From positions 422-64,421 of the forward strand of contig CAIOAT010000050.1 of assembly GCA_903856085.1 (NCBI GenBank): a stretch of DNA of 64,000 nt, in the 5' to 3' direction. Positions within the stretch are counted from its first letter, which is position 1, and every line of letters begins with the position of its first letter. The position numbers and the translations under genes are program-made. Below the pieces are notes generated by a model. That model was not told the origin of the DNA, made no database searches, and saw only the letters and a list, made by a program, of their open reading frames with translations. Origin of the DNA: Candidatus Omnitrophota bacterium. Lineage in GTDB: Bacteria > Omnitrophota > Omnitrophia > Omnitrophales > Aquincolibacteriaceae. Below are positions 19,281 to 28,624 of this stretch, one piece after another.

Positions 19281-20009
19281 TCAGATCAGCTTCTCGGCAA
19301 TGCGGGAACGAACTTTTTCACTCAGTTTCTGGAAATCGCTATGCTGGAACTCGGTGGTTTCAATGGGCTCTAACACGGTCAATTCACAAAACACTTTGGA
19401 CTTCATAACCCAGTCCCCTTTGGGGATCGCGTTCCGGGTCCCGCGGAGGGCAATGGGAAGGATTGGGAGTTTTTCCGAGATCGCCAGTTTAAAAGCCCCG
19501 CTTTGAAAAGGGTTCATTTCTTCCGTTTCGCTGCGAGTTCCTTCCGGAAAAAAGAGAACCGACATGCCGGAGCGAAGATAGCCGATCGCTTCCCGGTAAA
19601 CATCCCGGATGCTTCCACGATCCTTGCGTTTCAGACTGATGTGCCTGCAAAGTCCCAAGCACCAGCCTAGGAAAGGAATATTGAAAAGACTCTCTTTCGC
19701 TACCCATTTGAACTGCAGCCGAGTCTGATAGAGAACCACAATATCCCCAAGACTTTGATGATTGGCCACGATCACGTAAGTGCGCTTCGGATCCGCGTTT
19801 CCGAGCCCCTTCACTTTGACTTTCCAATAAGGACTCAGACCTATCACGGCATCCGACCACCAGAAGCACTGGCGGTGCAGTATCTTTCGTTGCTTATCGA
19901 ACGGAAAAGTAACCGCTAGAAGGATCAGCTGGACTATGAATAGAAGCGCGATCAGAGACACGCAACTGACCCAAAAAAAAACAGAAAGTAAAACGTTCAG
20001 CACAGACAT
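19281..20009 (-). CDS. plsC: 1-acyl-sn-glycerol-3-phosphate acyltransferase
   Basis: ANHQSLGD, FFPEGTRS, PF.SGAF; start set at ATG 20009. Confidence 0.9.
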   Translation of the reverse strand: MSVLNVLLSVFFWVSCVSLIALLFIVQLILLAVTFPFDKQRKILHRQCFWWSDAVIGLSPYWKVKVKGLGNADPKRTYVIVANHQSLGDIVVLYQTRLQFKWVAKESLFNIPFLGWCLGLCRHISLKRKDRGSIRDVYREAIGYLRSGMSVLFFPEGTRSETEEMNPFQSGAFKLAISEKLPILPIALRGTRNAIPKGDWVMKSKVFCELTVLEPIETTEFQHSDFQKLSEKVRSRIAEKLI

Positions 20010-20082
20010 CCTATCCCGAGGTGAGCCGGAGGTCCGGCAGTCGGCAAAAAATTCGAGAAAAAAAGGGGCCTCTATGCAAACG

Positions 20083-20343
20083 TTAGAAGCGCAAAAAAAC
20101 GATACCAATCATGGCCAGACTCAGCAAAGTCAGGCAAACACCCAGGATCCGCGTAGTCCGCACTTCGCGCGACTCATCAATCGGGACAACTCTCCAGTTG
20201 AAACGTTCCATGATCCATTGATAAAGCTTCATTGAACGTTTTGGGCCAACAGCCGAAAGAACGCCTAACACAAGCCCGAGGTAACCGACCCCCAGAAAAA
20301 GAAACTTCGATGACATGCAACAACGAATTAGCGGACATTGCAT
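20083..20343 (-). CDS. Small hypothetical 2-TM protein
   Basis: AAAGGAG SD; two hydrophobic helices. Confidence 0.6.
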   Translation of the reverse strand: MQCPLIRCCMSSKFLFLGVGYLGLVLGVLSAVGPKRSMKLYQWIMERFNWRVVPIDESREVRTTRILGVCLTLLSLAMIGIVFLRF

Positions 20344-20473
20344 TGTTTTCTCCTTTTATTTTCTCACGCAGAATCTGTTCGAGCTGTTTGCCGTAATGAC
20401 CTCTTGAGAGAGTATAGAACAAAACCTATTTTCGAAAAGATTTTTCTATCTCCAGGACCCCACTCCCCATTCC

Positions 20474-22522
20474 CTACTTTGCATCCTCCCATGCGCTTTG
20501 ATAGCCGTTCACAGATTCGATATAGCGAAAAAGGTCTTCGAAAAAAGCGTGGTTGGAAAGCGTCGCGCTATCGCCGATCATTATGAGTTTGCGCTTGGCG
20601 CGTGTCATAGCAACGTTCATACGCCGCGTGTCGGTCAAAAATCCAAGCTTCCCTTCCCGATTCGACCGGACGAGCGAAACGATCACCGCTTCTTTTTCAC
20701 GGCCCTGGAACGCATCCACACTGTCGATCTCAAGAGACGCCAGTTCGCCCGGGTCACTTTTATCGCCCAGGATCATACCGGTCAAAAGTTTCACTTGCGC
20801 GCTGTACGGACTGATGATCGCAATGTCTTCGGCCGGCACACCGGCTTTAAGCAGGTGATTCAGTTCTTTCACCACAAGCCTCGCCTCCTGTGAGTTGTAG
20901 CGGCTTTCAGTGCCATCTTCGATCTCTTCTTCATAACCAAGACCTGCGGTATCCAGAAAAACGACGGGCGTTCCGTCGAGTTCCTCCGCCTTCACGTTCA
21001 ACAGATCCTTTAGCACGTGCCCGGCAACCGAAGGATCCGCCGTGAGCGCGCCATCATAAAATTCACGTGATGAAAAATCCATAATGTGCTCATGCATCCG
21101 GTATTGCCGTTCCAAACGCACTTTGGATTTCGCTCCCAGGATCTCATGAAGCCGTTCAAAGAGCGTAAAACCCAGTCCCCGTTCACCCGGCCGCGACCGA
21201 AAGACCGTTGGCGGAAGCTGACAATGATCCCCCGCCAAAATAATCTTGCCCCCATGACGCATCGGGATCCATGTCGCAGGCTCGATCCCCTGCGTCGCCT
21301 CATCGAGAATCACCCAATCGAAAGCCTTGGCCCGGATCAAGGGATCACCGCAGACCGTGTGCGTCGCCACCACAACATCCGAGGCATTCCAAACTTGTTT
21401 AAAGATCTGCGTCTTAAGATCACGGATATCGTCACGCAACCTGTTCACCTCGTCACGCATTTCGTTGCGCTCCTCCCAGGACATCACTCGCCGATCCTGA
21501 CGTCGTTCTTTTTGCCGGGCCAACTGTTCGAGCCGAGCTTCATGGGCATCGATCATTTTCGCGTAAGGATGCGCGACCAATTTGTAATTTAAGGTATGCT
21601 CGCGGACCCGTTCTGTAATGCGTGCCGGATGGCCCAACCGCGTCACGGGGATCTTCTTTGCCACGAGACATTCCACCAGATGATCACATGCGGCATTGCT
21701 CGGTGCTGAAACCAGAACGGTCTGCGCTTTCTGAAAAGCCTGATGAATGATTTCCGTCAGCACGCGCGTCTTGCCTGTCCCCGGGGGCCCATGGATGAGA
21801 AGTATGTCCTCGGCCTCAAGTGCCATGGCAACCGCTTTTTTCTGATCATCATTAAGCGACGGATCAAAACCTTGATATGTTTCTTTAGGAACCGGATCGC
21901 CCAGACGGGGCTTCTTGAGACCGAGGCTGATATCTCTCAGCAAAGCGACCCTGGAATGTTCCGCGGTGCGCGTCATTTGCAAAGCTTCATACATGCGCTG
22001 ATACGTGGTCCGATTCTCGGAAAGACTCAGCTGGTAACTTTTTTCGCTTTCAATCCAGCCCGGGATCCTGCCGGTAAAAGCCACCGTGATGCGGAAACGA
22101 TCCTTTTCATAGACCGTGCCGGCGGGACGTTCTTCAGGAGGCGTCAAAAAACCGGAAAGCGAAACAACATCCCCGGGATTCAGGGAATAACGTGGCAACG
22201 AACGACCGTTCTGGAGCGCAAAGGTGAGAAGTTTCTGGCCTGAAGGATTGTAATGGGTCTCTAAGAGATCCAGCCGAAAAATGGCTTTACCCCTTTTTTC
22301 CCGCTCTTCGGGTTTGCGATCCAGGAAATCGGTTTTAAAACGATTCTGTTCTTCGCGTTCTTCCTCGCGCAGGAGGCGCGTCAGATGAAGAAAATGTTTT
22401 TCAATGACCGCTTCATCGCCGACCCAGATCCTGCGCTCTTCTTTTTTCTCGACCCGGGGGGGAAGAGGCGCGTGGACTTTCTTGCGGCGCTTTTTGGGCT
22501 TATCGCGATAGGTGTTAGACAT
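20474..22522 (-). CDS. SF1 helicase, IGHMBP2/Upf1/DNA2-NAM7 family
   Basis: HGPPGTGKT, APSNAACD, DEATQ, GDHCQLPP, QYRMH, VDAFQGREKE, RRMNVAMTRAK. Confidence 0.93.
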   Translation of the reverse strand: MSNTYRDKPKKRRKKVHAPLPPRVEKKEERRIWVGDEAVIEKHFLHLTRLLREEEREEQNRFKTDFLDRKPEEREKRGKAIFRLDLLETHYNPSGQKLLTFALQNGRSLPRYSLNPGDVVSLSGFLTPPEERPAGTVYEKDRFRITVAFTGRIPGWIESEKSYQLSLSENRTTYQRMYEALQMTRTAEHSRVALLRDISLGLKKPRLGDPVPKETYQGFDPSLNDDQKKAVAMALEAEDILLIHGPPGTGKTRVLTEIIHQAFQKAQTVLVSAPSNAACDHLVECLVAKKIPVTRLGHPARITERVREHTLNYKLVAHPYAKMIDAHEARLEQLARQKERRQDRRVMSWEERNEMRDEVNRLRDDIRDLKTQIFKQVWNASDVVVATHTVCGDPLIRAKAFDWVILDEATQGIEPATWIPMRHGGKIILAGDHCQLPPTVFRSRPGERGLGFTLFERLHEILGAKSKVRLERQYRMHEHIMDFSSREFYDGALTADPSVAGHVLKDLLNVKAEELDGTPVVFLDTAGLGYEEEIEDGTESRYNSQEARLVVKELNHLLKAGVPAEDIAIISPYSAQVKLLTGMILGDKSDPGELASLEIDSVDAFQGREKEAVIVSLVRSNREGKLGFLTDTRRMNVAMTRAKRKLIMIGDSATLSNHAFFEDLFRYIESVNGYQSAWEDAK

Positions 22523-22536
22523 GAACGCTCTTGGCT

Positions 22537-22953
22537 CTATTCTCCGAGGATCTTGACGATCACGCGTTTGCGCCGACGACCATCGAATTCGGCGTAAAAA
22601 ATACGCTCCCAGGTCCCGAAGTCGAGGCGCCCTTTTGTAATCGCCACCACAACCTCCCGGCCGAAAAGCTGACGCTTGACGTGGGAGTCCCCGTTATCTT
22701 CTCCGGTCCTGTGATGGCGGTAACCCTTGAGATCATAAGGCGCCATACGCTCGAGAAAATCATCGAAGTCCTGGATCAGACCGTCTTCGTCGTCATTGAT
22801 GTAGACGCTCGCGGTGATATGCATGGGATTGACAAGGCACAAACCTTCTTGGACGCCGCTTTTTGCGACCGCGGCCTCGACCTGGCGCGTGATGTTGATG
22901 TAATCACGTTTCTTTTTCGTCTCGAACGAGAGATATTCGGTATGTGTTTTCAT
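22537..22953 (-). CDS. YjbQ (UPF0047) family protein
   Basis: [13 protein letters not shown]...[23 protein letters not shown]. Confidence 0.92.
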   Translation of the reverse strand: MKTHTEYLSFETKKKRDYINITRQVEAAVAKSGVQEGLCLVNPMHITASVYINDDEDGLIQDFDDFLERMAPYDLKGYRHHRTGEDNGDSHVKRQLFGREVVVAITKGRLDFGTWERIFYAEFDGRRRKRVIVKILGE

Positions 22954-23030
22954 GGGCCACCTCTTTGATAAATATAATGTGCCGCTCCTGCCTGAGATGA
23001 GACCGCGAATAAAAACTCGAGAGCCGCGCG

Positions 23031-23408
23031 CTAGGTAGGAAGAGTCTGACTTATCGTGGTTTCGGTCGCTTTCTCAAAAATAGTCTCCGGCTTCATGACG
23101 GGCTTATAGTCGGTCGGACCCGGGAAAGGGAAAGTCGCTATGTCGTAGATCCCGGCTCCAGCCCGAAGAAGCGTGTATCCGATCCCCCGCCCAATGCTCA
23201 TGATAAATCCCGTGAGATAATCCGGACTTTGCTCCATTGCCGTGGGTATTTGGGTCACAAATTCTCCCGGACTGGTCGCCACATTCGTCACCCCGCGACT
23301 GAATTTAGTGAGAGCCTTATTGGAATTCATTTTTTCTACGACCGAGGCTTCGGCGCGAGCGCTGATGAACGCCAACGCGATAGCGAGAAACAGTGCCGTT
23401 TTTTTCAT
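23031..23408 (-). CDS. Exosortase-system-associated protein (TIGR04073-like)
   Basis: Signal peptide; [26 protein letters not shown]. Confidence 0.7.
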   Translation of the reverse strand: MKKTALFLAIALAFISARAEASVVEKMNSNKALTKFSRGVTNVATSPGEFVTQIPTAMEQSPDYLTGFIMSIGRGIGYTLLRAGAGIYDIATFPFPGPTDYKPVMKPETIFEKATETTISQTLPT

Positions 23409-23503
23409 TTCAAGAGTCTCCTTTTTTCATCCCAACTATTATTCCACCCACAAGGAGTATCGACCATTTTGCATCTTTTTTAAATTTTTATGAGCTTTCC
23501 GTT

Positions 23504-24040
23504 TCAATCCTCAAACCCCTCCGTTTGAAAAACCTCAATCACAGCCTCCGGAAGTTCCTGCTCCACAAGCCCCGCCTTCTCCAACGCGCAGCTCTCAAAA
23601 AAAGTCTTGGCATCCCAACCGGTCTCGGTCGCTACCTCGGGAAGATAAACGCCTTTTTTCCAGCCATGCGTCACGATGATCCCATCCGTCCCGGTCCGGA
23701 TTTCCTTGTAACTTTTCACCGGCAAAGGTTCCGTAAGAAGCGACACATGGACCTCAAGATCTTTGAGTTCGTCAAGACCCAGAGGAGGAAATCGCGGATC
23801 TTTGAACGCCGCGGCGAGAGTCATATCATGGATGCTTTTTTTTAGCGGCTCATAACCCAGGATATGACCGATACAGCCACGCAAGCGTCCACGGATTTTG
23901 AGGGTCACGAAGATCCCGCGCTTTTGTTCCATAAGTTCACGACCAAGCTCAAGTTTAGGTTCGGACCCACTTGTCAAACGCGCCTTCAAAAGCTCTCTCA
24001 CGTAGGCTAAGATTCGTTTTTTTTCTTCCGCGTTTAGCAT
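23504..24040 (-). CDS. amrA: AmmeMemoRadiSam protein A (AMMECR1 domain)
   Basis: GIFVTL...LRGCIG, AAFKDPRF, GVYLPEVA, KAGL; start set at ATG 24040. Confidence 0.93.
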   Translation of the reverse strand: MLNAEEKKRILAYVRELLKARLTSGSEPKLELGRELMEQKRGIFVTLKIRGRLRGCIGHILGYEPLKKSIHDMTLAAAFKDPRFPPLGLDELKDLEVHVSLLTEPLPVKSYKEIRTGTDGIIVTHGWKKGVYLPEVATETGWDAKTFFESCALEKAGLVEQELPEAVIEVFQTEGFED

Positions 24041-24870
24041 ACGGTTTCCCTGAAAGCCATGGCCGCATAACCCACCACCGAACTCCGGTCTCGGGTCACA
24101 TCTCCCGAGTTCGAGTATCGAATGAGACGCGGACCGGACCAATTCATTTTCTTGGCCAGCAGGATCGAGGTCAGAACAGGCCCCATGCCGCAAGCTTCAG
24201 CCTCTCCCTCAACGTATGCGCCATAAATCGCTTCGGCATTCCCTTTCTCGAACATAGCAATGAGGGACCTGTCCTTTGCGAATGCCGTTTCATAAGAATG
24301 AAAATGAGAAAGGTCTGTCGTCGCTACCACAAGTATGTTTCGATCCGCAAGCGTCTTGGCCAAAGCATCCGCGAGGATCGCACTGCTTGTGATGTTCTGA
24401 ACCCCGATATAGATTGGAACGATTTTAAGACCCGGGATCGTTTCCTGAAGAAATGGAATCTGAACCTCCAGGGAATGTTCTTCAAGACTATCGGGCATCG
24501 CGTTCCGAAAAAGAGGATGAAACCCTTGGATCTCTCGGACAAGTTCACGATCGACGGAAACGCGTCCGAGCGGGGTTTCATAAGCGGCGACATCGTCTAT
24601 GAGAACACCTTGCAAGAACACGCGGTGCAAAAAAGCAATGATCACAACGCTGTCGAACGTCCGGCCCTCCACAAACTTGTAGGCCTCAGCCGCGACTTGC
24701 CCCGAGTAATCATAACCCGCATGCGGGACGATCAGAGAACGAACATCCGGATCGGGAACATGCCCGGCGGTGGTTAGGAATTTTCGGACCTTTTTTTTGA
24801 GACTTTCCGGTTCTTTGGGATAGAACTGCCCGCTCACCATCGCGGTACGAACGGTTTCCTGATTCGTCAT
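24034..24870 (-). CDS. amrB: AmmeMemoRadiSam protein B (MEMO1 family)
   Basis: GQFYP, PHAGYDYSG, EHSLEVQIPFLQ, TDLSHF, CG.GP, VVGY; start set at ATG 24870. Confidence 0.93.
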   Translation of the reverse strand: MTNQETVRTAMVSGQFYPKEPESLKKKVRKFLTTAGHVPDPDVRSLIVPHAGYDYSGQVAAEAYKFVEGRTFDSVVIIAFLHRVFLQGVLIDDVAAYETPLGRVSVDRELVREIQGFHPLFRNAMPDSLEEHSLEVQIPFLQETIPGLKIVPIYIGVQNITSSAILADALAKTLADRNILVVATTDLSHFHSYETAFAKDRSLIAMFEKGNAEAIYGAYVEGEAEACGMGPVLTSILLAKKMNWSGPRLIRYSNSGDVTRDRSSVVGYAAMAFRETVC

Positions 24871-25010
24871 AATCTCATCCTTCGGTTTGCTATTTCGGCT
24901 CCATTCTACACCCAAAGATCGAGGGGAAAACCCATAAATTCGTGAGCCACCGCTAAAGATGTCTGGAATTCGGCGCACCCGGCTATTACAATGATTCATG
25001 GGAGGCACTC

Positions 25011-26075
25011 ATGGATACGCAGACTTTTTCTTCAGTTAAGGTTGCATTTTTCGATGCCAAGCCTTATGACATCGAATCCTTCGACGAGGCTAACCGCGAC
25101 CTCGGGTTCCAAATCACGTATTTCAAAAATCATCTCTCCCTTGAGACCGTTTCGTTGACGCAAGGCTTCCAGGTCGTCTGCATTTTTGTCAACGATACTG
25201 TCCAAAAAGATGTCATCGAGATCCTTGCCCGTAACGGCATTCAGCTGATCGCGATCCGTGCCGCCGGATACAACAATATCGATCTGAAAGCACTCTTTCA
25301 AAAGATCCACACCGTCCGCGTCCCCGCCTACTCCCCTCATGCCGTGGCAGAACACGCGGTCGCACTCATGCTCGCTCTAAACCGCAAGGTGCACCGGGCG
25401 TATTACAGAACACGCGATAATAATTTCACGCTTAACGGATTGATGGGCTTTGATATGCATGGAAAGACCGCGGGCATTATCGGCACCGGCAAAATCGGCA
25501 GGGTCACAATCGAAATCCTGAAGGGTTTCGGAATGCGTGTCCTCGCCTACGATGCTTTTCCGGACGAGGCCTATCAGAAAAAAACAGGTTTTGAGTACGT
25601 GGACCTTGACACGCTTTATAAGGAATCGGACATCCTCTCGCTTCATTGCCCGCTCACCAAAGAAACCTACCACTTGATCAACGAAACCAGCATCGCAAAA
25701 ATGAAACGTGGCATCATGATCATCAATACCGGCCGCGGCATGCTCATTGATTCCAAGGCACTTATCGGGGGTCTCAAGACCGGTCAGGTCGGTTTCGCGG
25801 GACTGGATGTCTACGAGGAAGAAAGCGATTATTTTTTTGAGGATTTTTCCAACAAGGTCATTACCGATGACGTCCTCGCCCGCCTCCTCTCTTTCAATAA
25901 CGTGGTCGTCACCTCGCATCAAGGGTTTTTTACCCGGGAAGCCCTTCAGAATATCGCAGTGACAACGCTGGAGAATGTCCGGGAATTTTTTACGGAGCAC
26001 AAGTTACCGAACGAAATTTGTTATCAATGCAGTACAACGTCCTGCCCGCGAAAAACCACCGGGAAATGCTTCTAG
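25011..26075 (+). CDS. ldhA: D-lactate dehydrogenase / D-2-hydroxyacid dehydrogenase
   Basis: RVPAYSPHAVAEH, GTGKIG, LHCPL, INTGRG, LDVYEEE, TSHQGF. Confidence 0.9.
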   Translation: MDTQTFSSVKVAFFDAKPYDIESFDEANRDLGFQITYFKNHLSLETVSLTQGFQVVCIFVNDTVQKDVIEILARNGIQLIAIRAAGYNNIDLKALFQKIHTVRVPAYSPHAVAEHAVALMLALNRKVHRAYYRTRDNNFTLNGLMGFDMHGKTAGIIGTGKIGRVTIEILKGFGMRVLAYDAFPDEAYQKKTGFEYVDLDTLYKESDILSLHCPLTKETYHLINETSIAKMKRGIMIINTGRGMLIDSKALIGGLKTGQVGFAGLDVYEEESDYFFEDFSNKVITDDVLARLLSFNNVVVTSHQGFFTREALQNIAVTTLENVREFFTEHKLPNEICYQCSTTSCPRKTTGKCF

Positions 26076-26155
26076 TCCTTGGAGATTCTTCAAAAACAAG
26101 GACAGCTCCGAGAACCCGCTAAATCAAAATTGACGCATTCCAGAAAAGGAGAATC

Positions 26156-26515
26156 ATGACGCAACCCGCCAAACCCACGACCGCTCAACCACGAAACTTT
26201 ATTGGAACTTCACTTGAGATCGAAAGTCTTGTGGAATATCAGAAAAATTCGGTAGTCAGCAAACAGATTCTGAACAAAAAAGCAGGAACACTTACTTTGT
26301 TTGCTTTTGACAAGGGCGAAGGATTGAGCGAGCACACAGCGCCTTATGACGCGTCCGTCATGGTCCTCGACGGAAAAGCCGCGATCACGATCGGGGGGAA
26401 ATCCCATCAAATCAAGAAAGGCGCAATGATTATCATGCCCGCGGGGATTCCACACTCTCTCAAAGCCGTTGAGCGCTTCAAGATGCTCCTCATCATGATC
26501 CGGTCCGCGGATTAA
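26156..26515 (+). CDS. Cupin domain protein
   Basis: LFAFDKGEGLSEHTAP...MPAGIPHSLKA. Confidence 0.9.
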   Translation: MTQPAKPTTAQPRNFIGTSLEIESLVEYQKNSVVSKQILNKKAGTLTLFAFDKGEGLSEHTAPYDASVMVLDGKAAITIGGKSHQIKKGAMIIMPAGIPHSLKAVERFKMLLIMIRSAD

Positions 26516-26561
26516 AAAAAAGGGACAGGCTGTTTCTTCTAAATTCAGCCTGTCCCCTTTC
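26515..26561. terminator. Bidirectional hairpin/terminator (REP-like GGGACAGGC...GCCTGTCCC)
   Basis: GGGACAGGCTG-13 nt-CAGCCTGTCCC flanked by A and T runs between convergent genes. Confidence 0.7.
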
Positions 26562-26593
26562 GTACGAAAAAAACCAGCGCTTAGATTTCCAAC

Positions 26594-27010
26594 TTAGCTG
26601 TTTTTACGCCGCCTCGACCGTTGCGTTCCCTGTGCCGCTTTCCGGTCCTGCTGAAGCTGCGTACGGTCTTCGCCAAGCTTCTTATTATCTTCTTTTCTTC
26701 CAGCAACATTCTCTTGATGAGTCGCTTTCAGTTGCGCCATGAGCGCCTGGGCTTTCTCCTGGTCTCCGGCCGCAAGAGCGTCACGAATCTGCTTATGGAG
26801 ATCTTTTTCCTCCAATTTGGCCGCTTGGCCACTTTGTTTCATCTCTGTTTTCTGCTCCGCGACGTTCTGTTTGTCCGCATTCAACTGCGTCTTCCATCCC
26901 TGAGCCTCTGCCGTAGAGACTGTGTTGGATGTATCCGCCTTTTCTTCTGCCGCGACTGGAAATGCGCCGCACAATAGAAGTGAAAGCACGATGCCTATGA
27001 AACGCTTCAT
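26594..27010 (-). CDS. Secreted coiled-coil hypothetical protein
   Basis: AGGAGG SD, signal peptide, Q/K/E-rich helices. Confidence 0.7.
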   Translation of the reverse strand: MKRFIGIVLSLLLCGAFPVAAEEKADTSNTVSTAEAQGWKTQLNADKQNVAEQKTEMKQSGQAAKLEEKDLHKQIRDALAAGDQEKAQALMAQLKATHQENVAGRKEDNKKLGEDRTQLQQDRKAAQGTQRSRRRKNS

Positions 27011-27194
27011 GATGAACCTCCTTGAGATAGGGTTACACTACTCAACAACAAACACGCCCCATATGCTACACCCATAAAATCACTTTCGCAAGACTACCCC
27101 GATTTTTCATTTCTTTTTCGGAACAATAGTCAGCACTGATTCTCACGCTACGTTTATAATTAAAAATCAGCGCTCTCCCAACTAACCCTTCACC

Positions 27195-27752
27195 TCAAAA
27201 CTGAATCTTGACGTCTGAGGTCTCTTCCTTCGGGATCTCAAGAAGCGGACGATGCGTATACCCCAGAGAGCCCGCGATAAAAACATCGGGAAGCTGCTGG
27301 ATACGGATATTAAAAATGTTCACGCTGTCGTTAAAGAATTCCCGGCGGTCCGCGATCTCGTTCTCAAGACCCGAGATCCGGTTTTGGAGCTGAAGAAAGT
27401 TTTGGTTTGCCTTAAGGTCCGGATAATTTTCGGAGACCGCAAAAAGCGTTTTGAGACCGGCGGCTAGCTGGTTTTCGGCTTGCGTCTTCTCCGCGATCGA
27501 GGTCGCGTTCATGAAGGACGTACGCGCCTGCGTGATTTTCTCCAGAAGCGTCTGCTCGTATTTCATGTACCCCTTGCAAGTTTCGATCAGCTTCGGTAAT
27601 TCATCGTGTCTCTGTTTCAGGAGCACGTCCATATTCGCCCACGCCTTGTCCATGTTGTTCCGCACCTGGATCAAACCGTTATACACCCCAACAAAATACC
27701 CGATCAACCCCAGCACCACGAAAAGAACCGCCACCGAGATCACGATCTCCAT
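27195..27752 (-). CDS. lemA: LemA family protein
   Basis: N-terminal TM, YN.L, W...DV.LKQR.D.LP.L, ENYPDLKANQNF, EN.IA..R..FN; SD AGGAGG before ATG 27752. Confidence 0.95.
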   Translation of the reverse strand: MEIVISVAVLFVVLGLIGYFVGVYNGLIQVRNNMDKAWANMDVLLKQRHDELPKLIETCKGYMKYEQTLLEKITQARTSFMNATSIAEKTQAENQLAAGLKTLFAVSENYPDLKANQNFLQLQNRISGLENEIADRREFFNDSVNIFNIRIQQLPDVFIAGSLGYTHRPLLEIPKEETSDVKIQF

Positions 27753-27764
27753 ATCCACCTCCTT

Positions 27765-28541
27765 TTAAAAAAAGTGTCTAAAATAGTGCCCGATCAGAAT
27801 AAAAAGACACGCCACTGTCAGGACAGGCCCGCCGTAGAGATACAAATACATCTTCCCGCAAAAAGACACTAGCAATTCTTTTTCGCTTTCGTCCGAGATG
27901 CAAAAAAAAGGAGCATCCCCTTTCTGGATACAAAGGTTCTCAAAACCCGTCGCGCTTCCTTGCACCAACGGATTTTCGGAGGCCTCCCCCATGATATAGA
28001 TCGCATCCCCCGGACAGATATACTGTTCCACACAACGGAGCTGTTTGTCAAAACCCAAAAACCCGTGGGGCGAAATTCCAAGATCGATCAGTCCCTGCTC
28101 GAACACCTCGGTATCAGCTCCTCCGCCCCAAGAACCCAGCTGATATTTCCGGTCTGCAGCGAGGTAGAACTCCGCGCCTACGGGGTTGATAAGGACCTTC
28201 ACTGTTCCATCTTCGAGAAGGAACCAACTGGGCGTCGCGAATTCCTTGATCGTCACCCACTGACTGCTTTTTCCGGAGCCTTGGTGCTCTTCGATCTTAT
28301 AGTGAAAAAAAACGCTCTCGACTTTTGAAAAGGGCGTCTTCTGAGTTCCCTGGAACGGCTGGGCAACACCCTGGACCTCCACAAGACCCACGGCCATACC
28401 GCGCACGGTGGAAGTTGGAATATTCTCGATCAGCTTTTTCTTGCCACGAATCTTGAAGCCACGGAAAAAACCGAGGATACCGAATACGATCCCCAGGCAA
28501 AGATAAAAGAAGAGTTTATCCTCTGATTCGCTCGAGCTCAT
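27765..28541 (-). CDS. GIDE-domain membrane protein
   Basis: TM-IENIPTS.VR..A.GLVEV.G...F.LED.T...E..I.PGD.IYI.G...ISD.SE.EL-TM; upstream of lemA. Confidence 0.75.
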   Translation of the reverse strand: MSSSESEDKLFFYLCLGIVFGILGFFRGFKIRGKKKLIENIPTSTVRGMAVGLVEVQGVAQPFQGTQKTPFSKVESVFFHYKIEEHQGSGKSSQWVTIKEFATPSWFLLEDGTVKVLINPVGAEFYLAADRKYQLGSWGGGADTEVFEQGLIDLGISPHGFLGFDKQLRCVEQYICPGDAIYIMGEASENPLVQGSATGFENLCIQKGDAPFFCISDESEKELLVSFCGKMYLYLYGGPVLTVACLFILIGHYFRHFF

Positions 28542-28624
28542 GACCCAGAATATCGTCCTATTTTCGGTCTTTTTGACAAAAAAGTTCCGATGCGTGATCT
28601 CCCGCAATAGGGCATAATAATGCT

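Noticed and set aside
24871-25008. ORF-track N-terminal extensions of amrB, amrA, fur, plsC, gatA, GIDE, fecR and queD
   Set aside because: They overlap promoters or neighbouring genes; downstream starts fit SD position and family length better.
27131-27174. 14-bp hairpin after lemA as an ncRNA
   Set aside because: Adequately explained as a 3' stabilising or terminator hairpin; no further structure.
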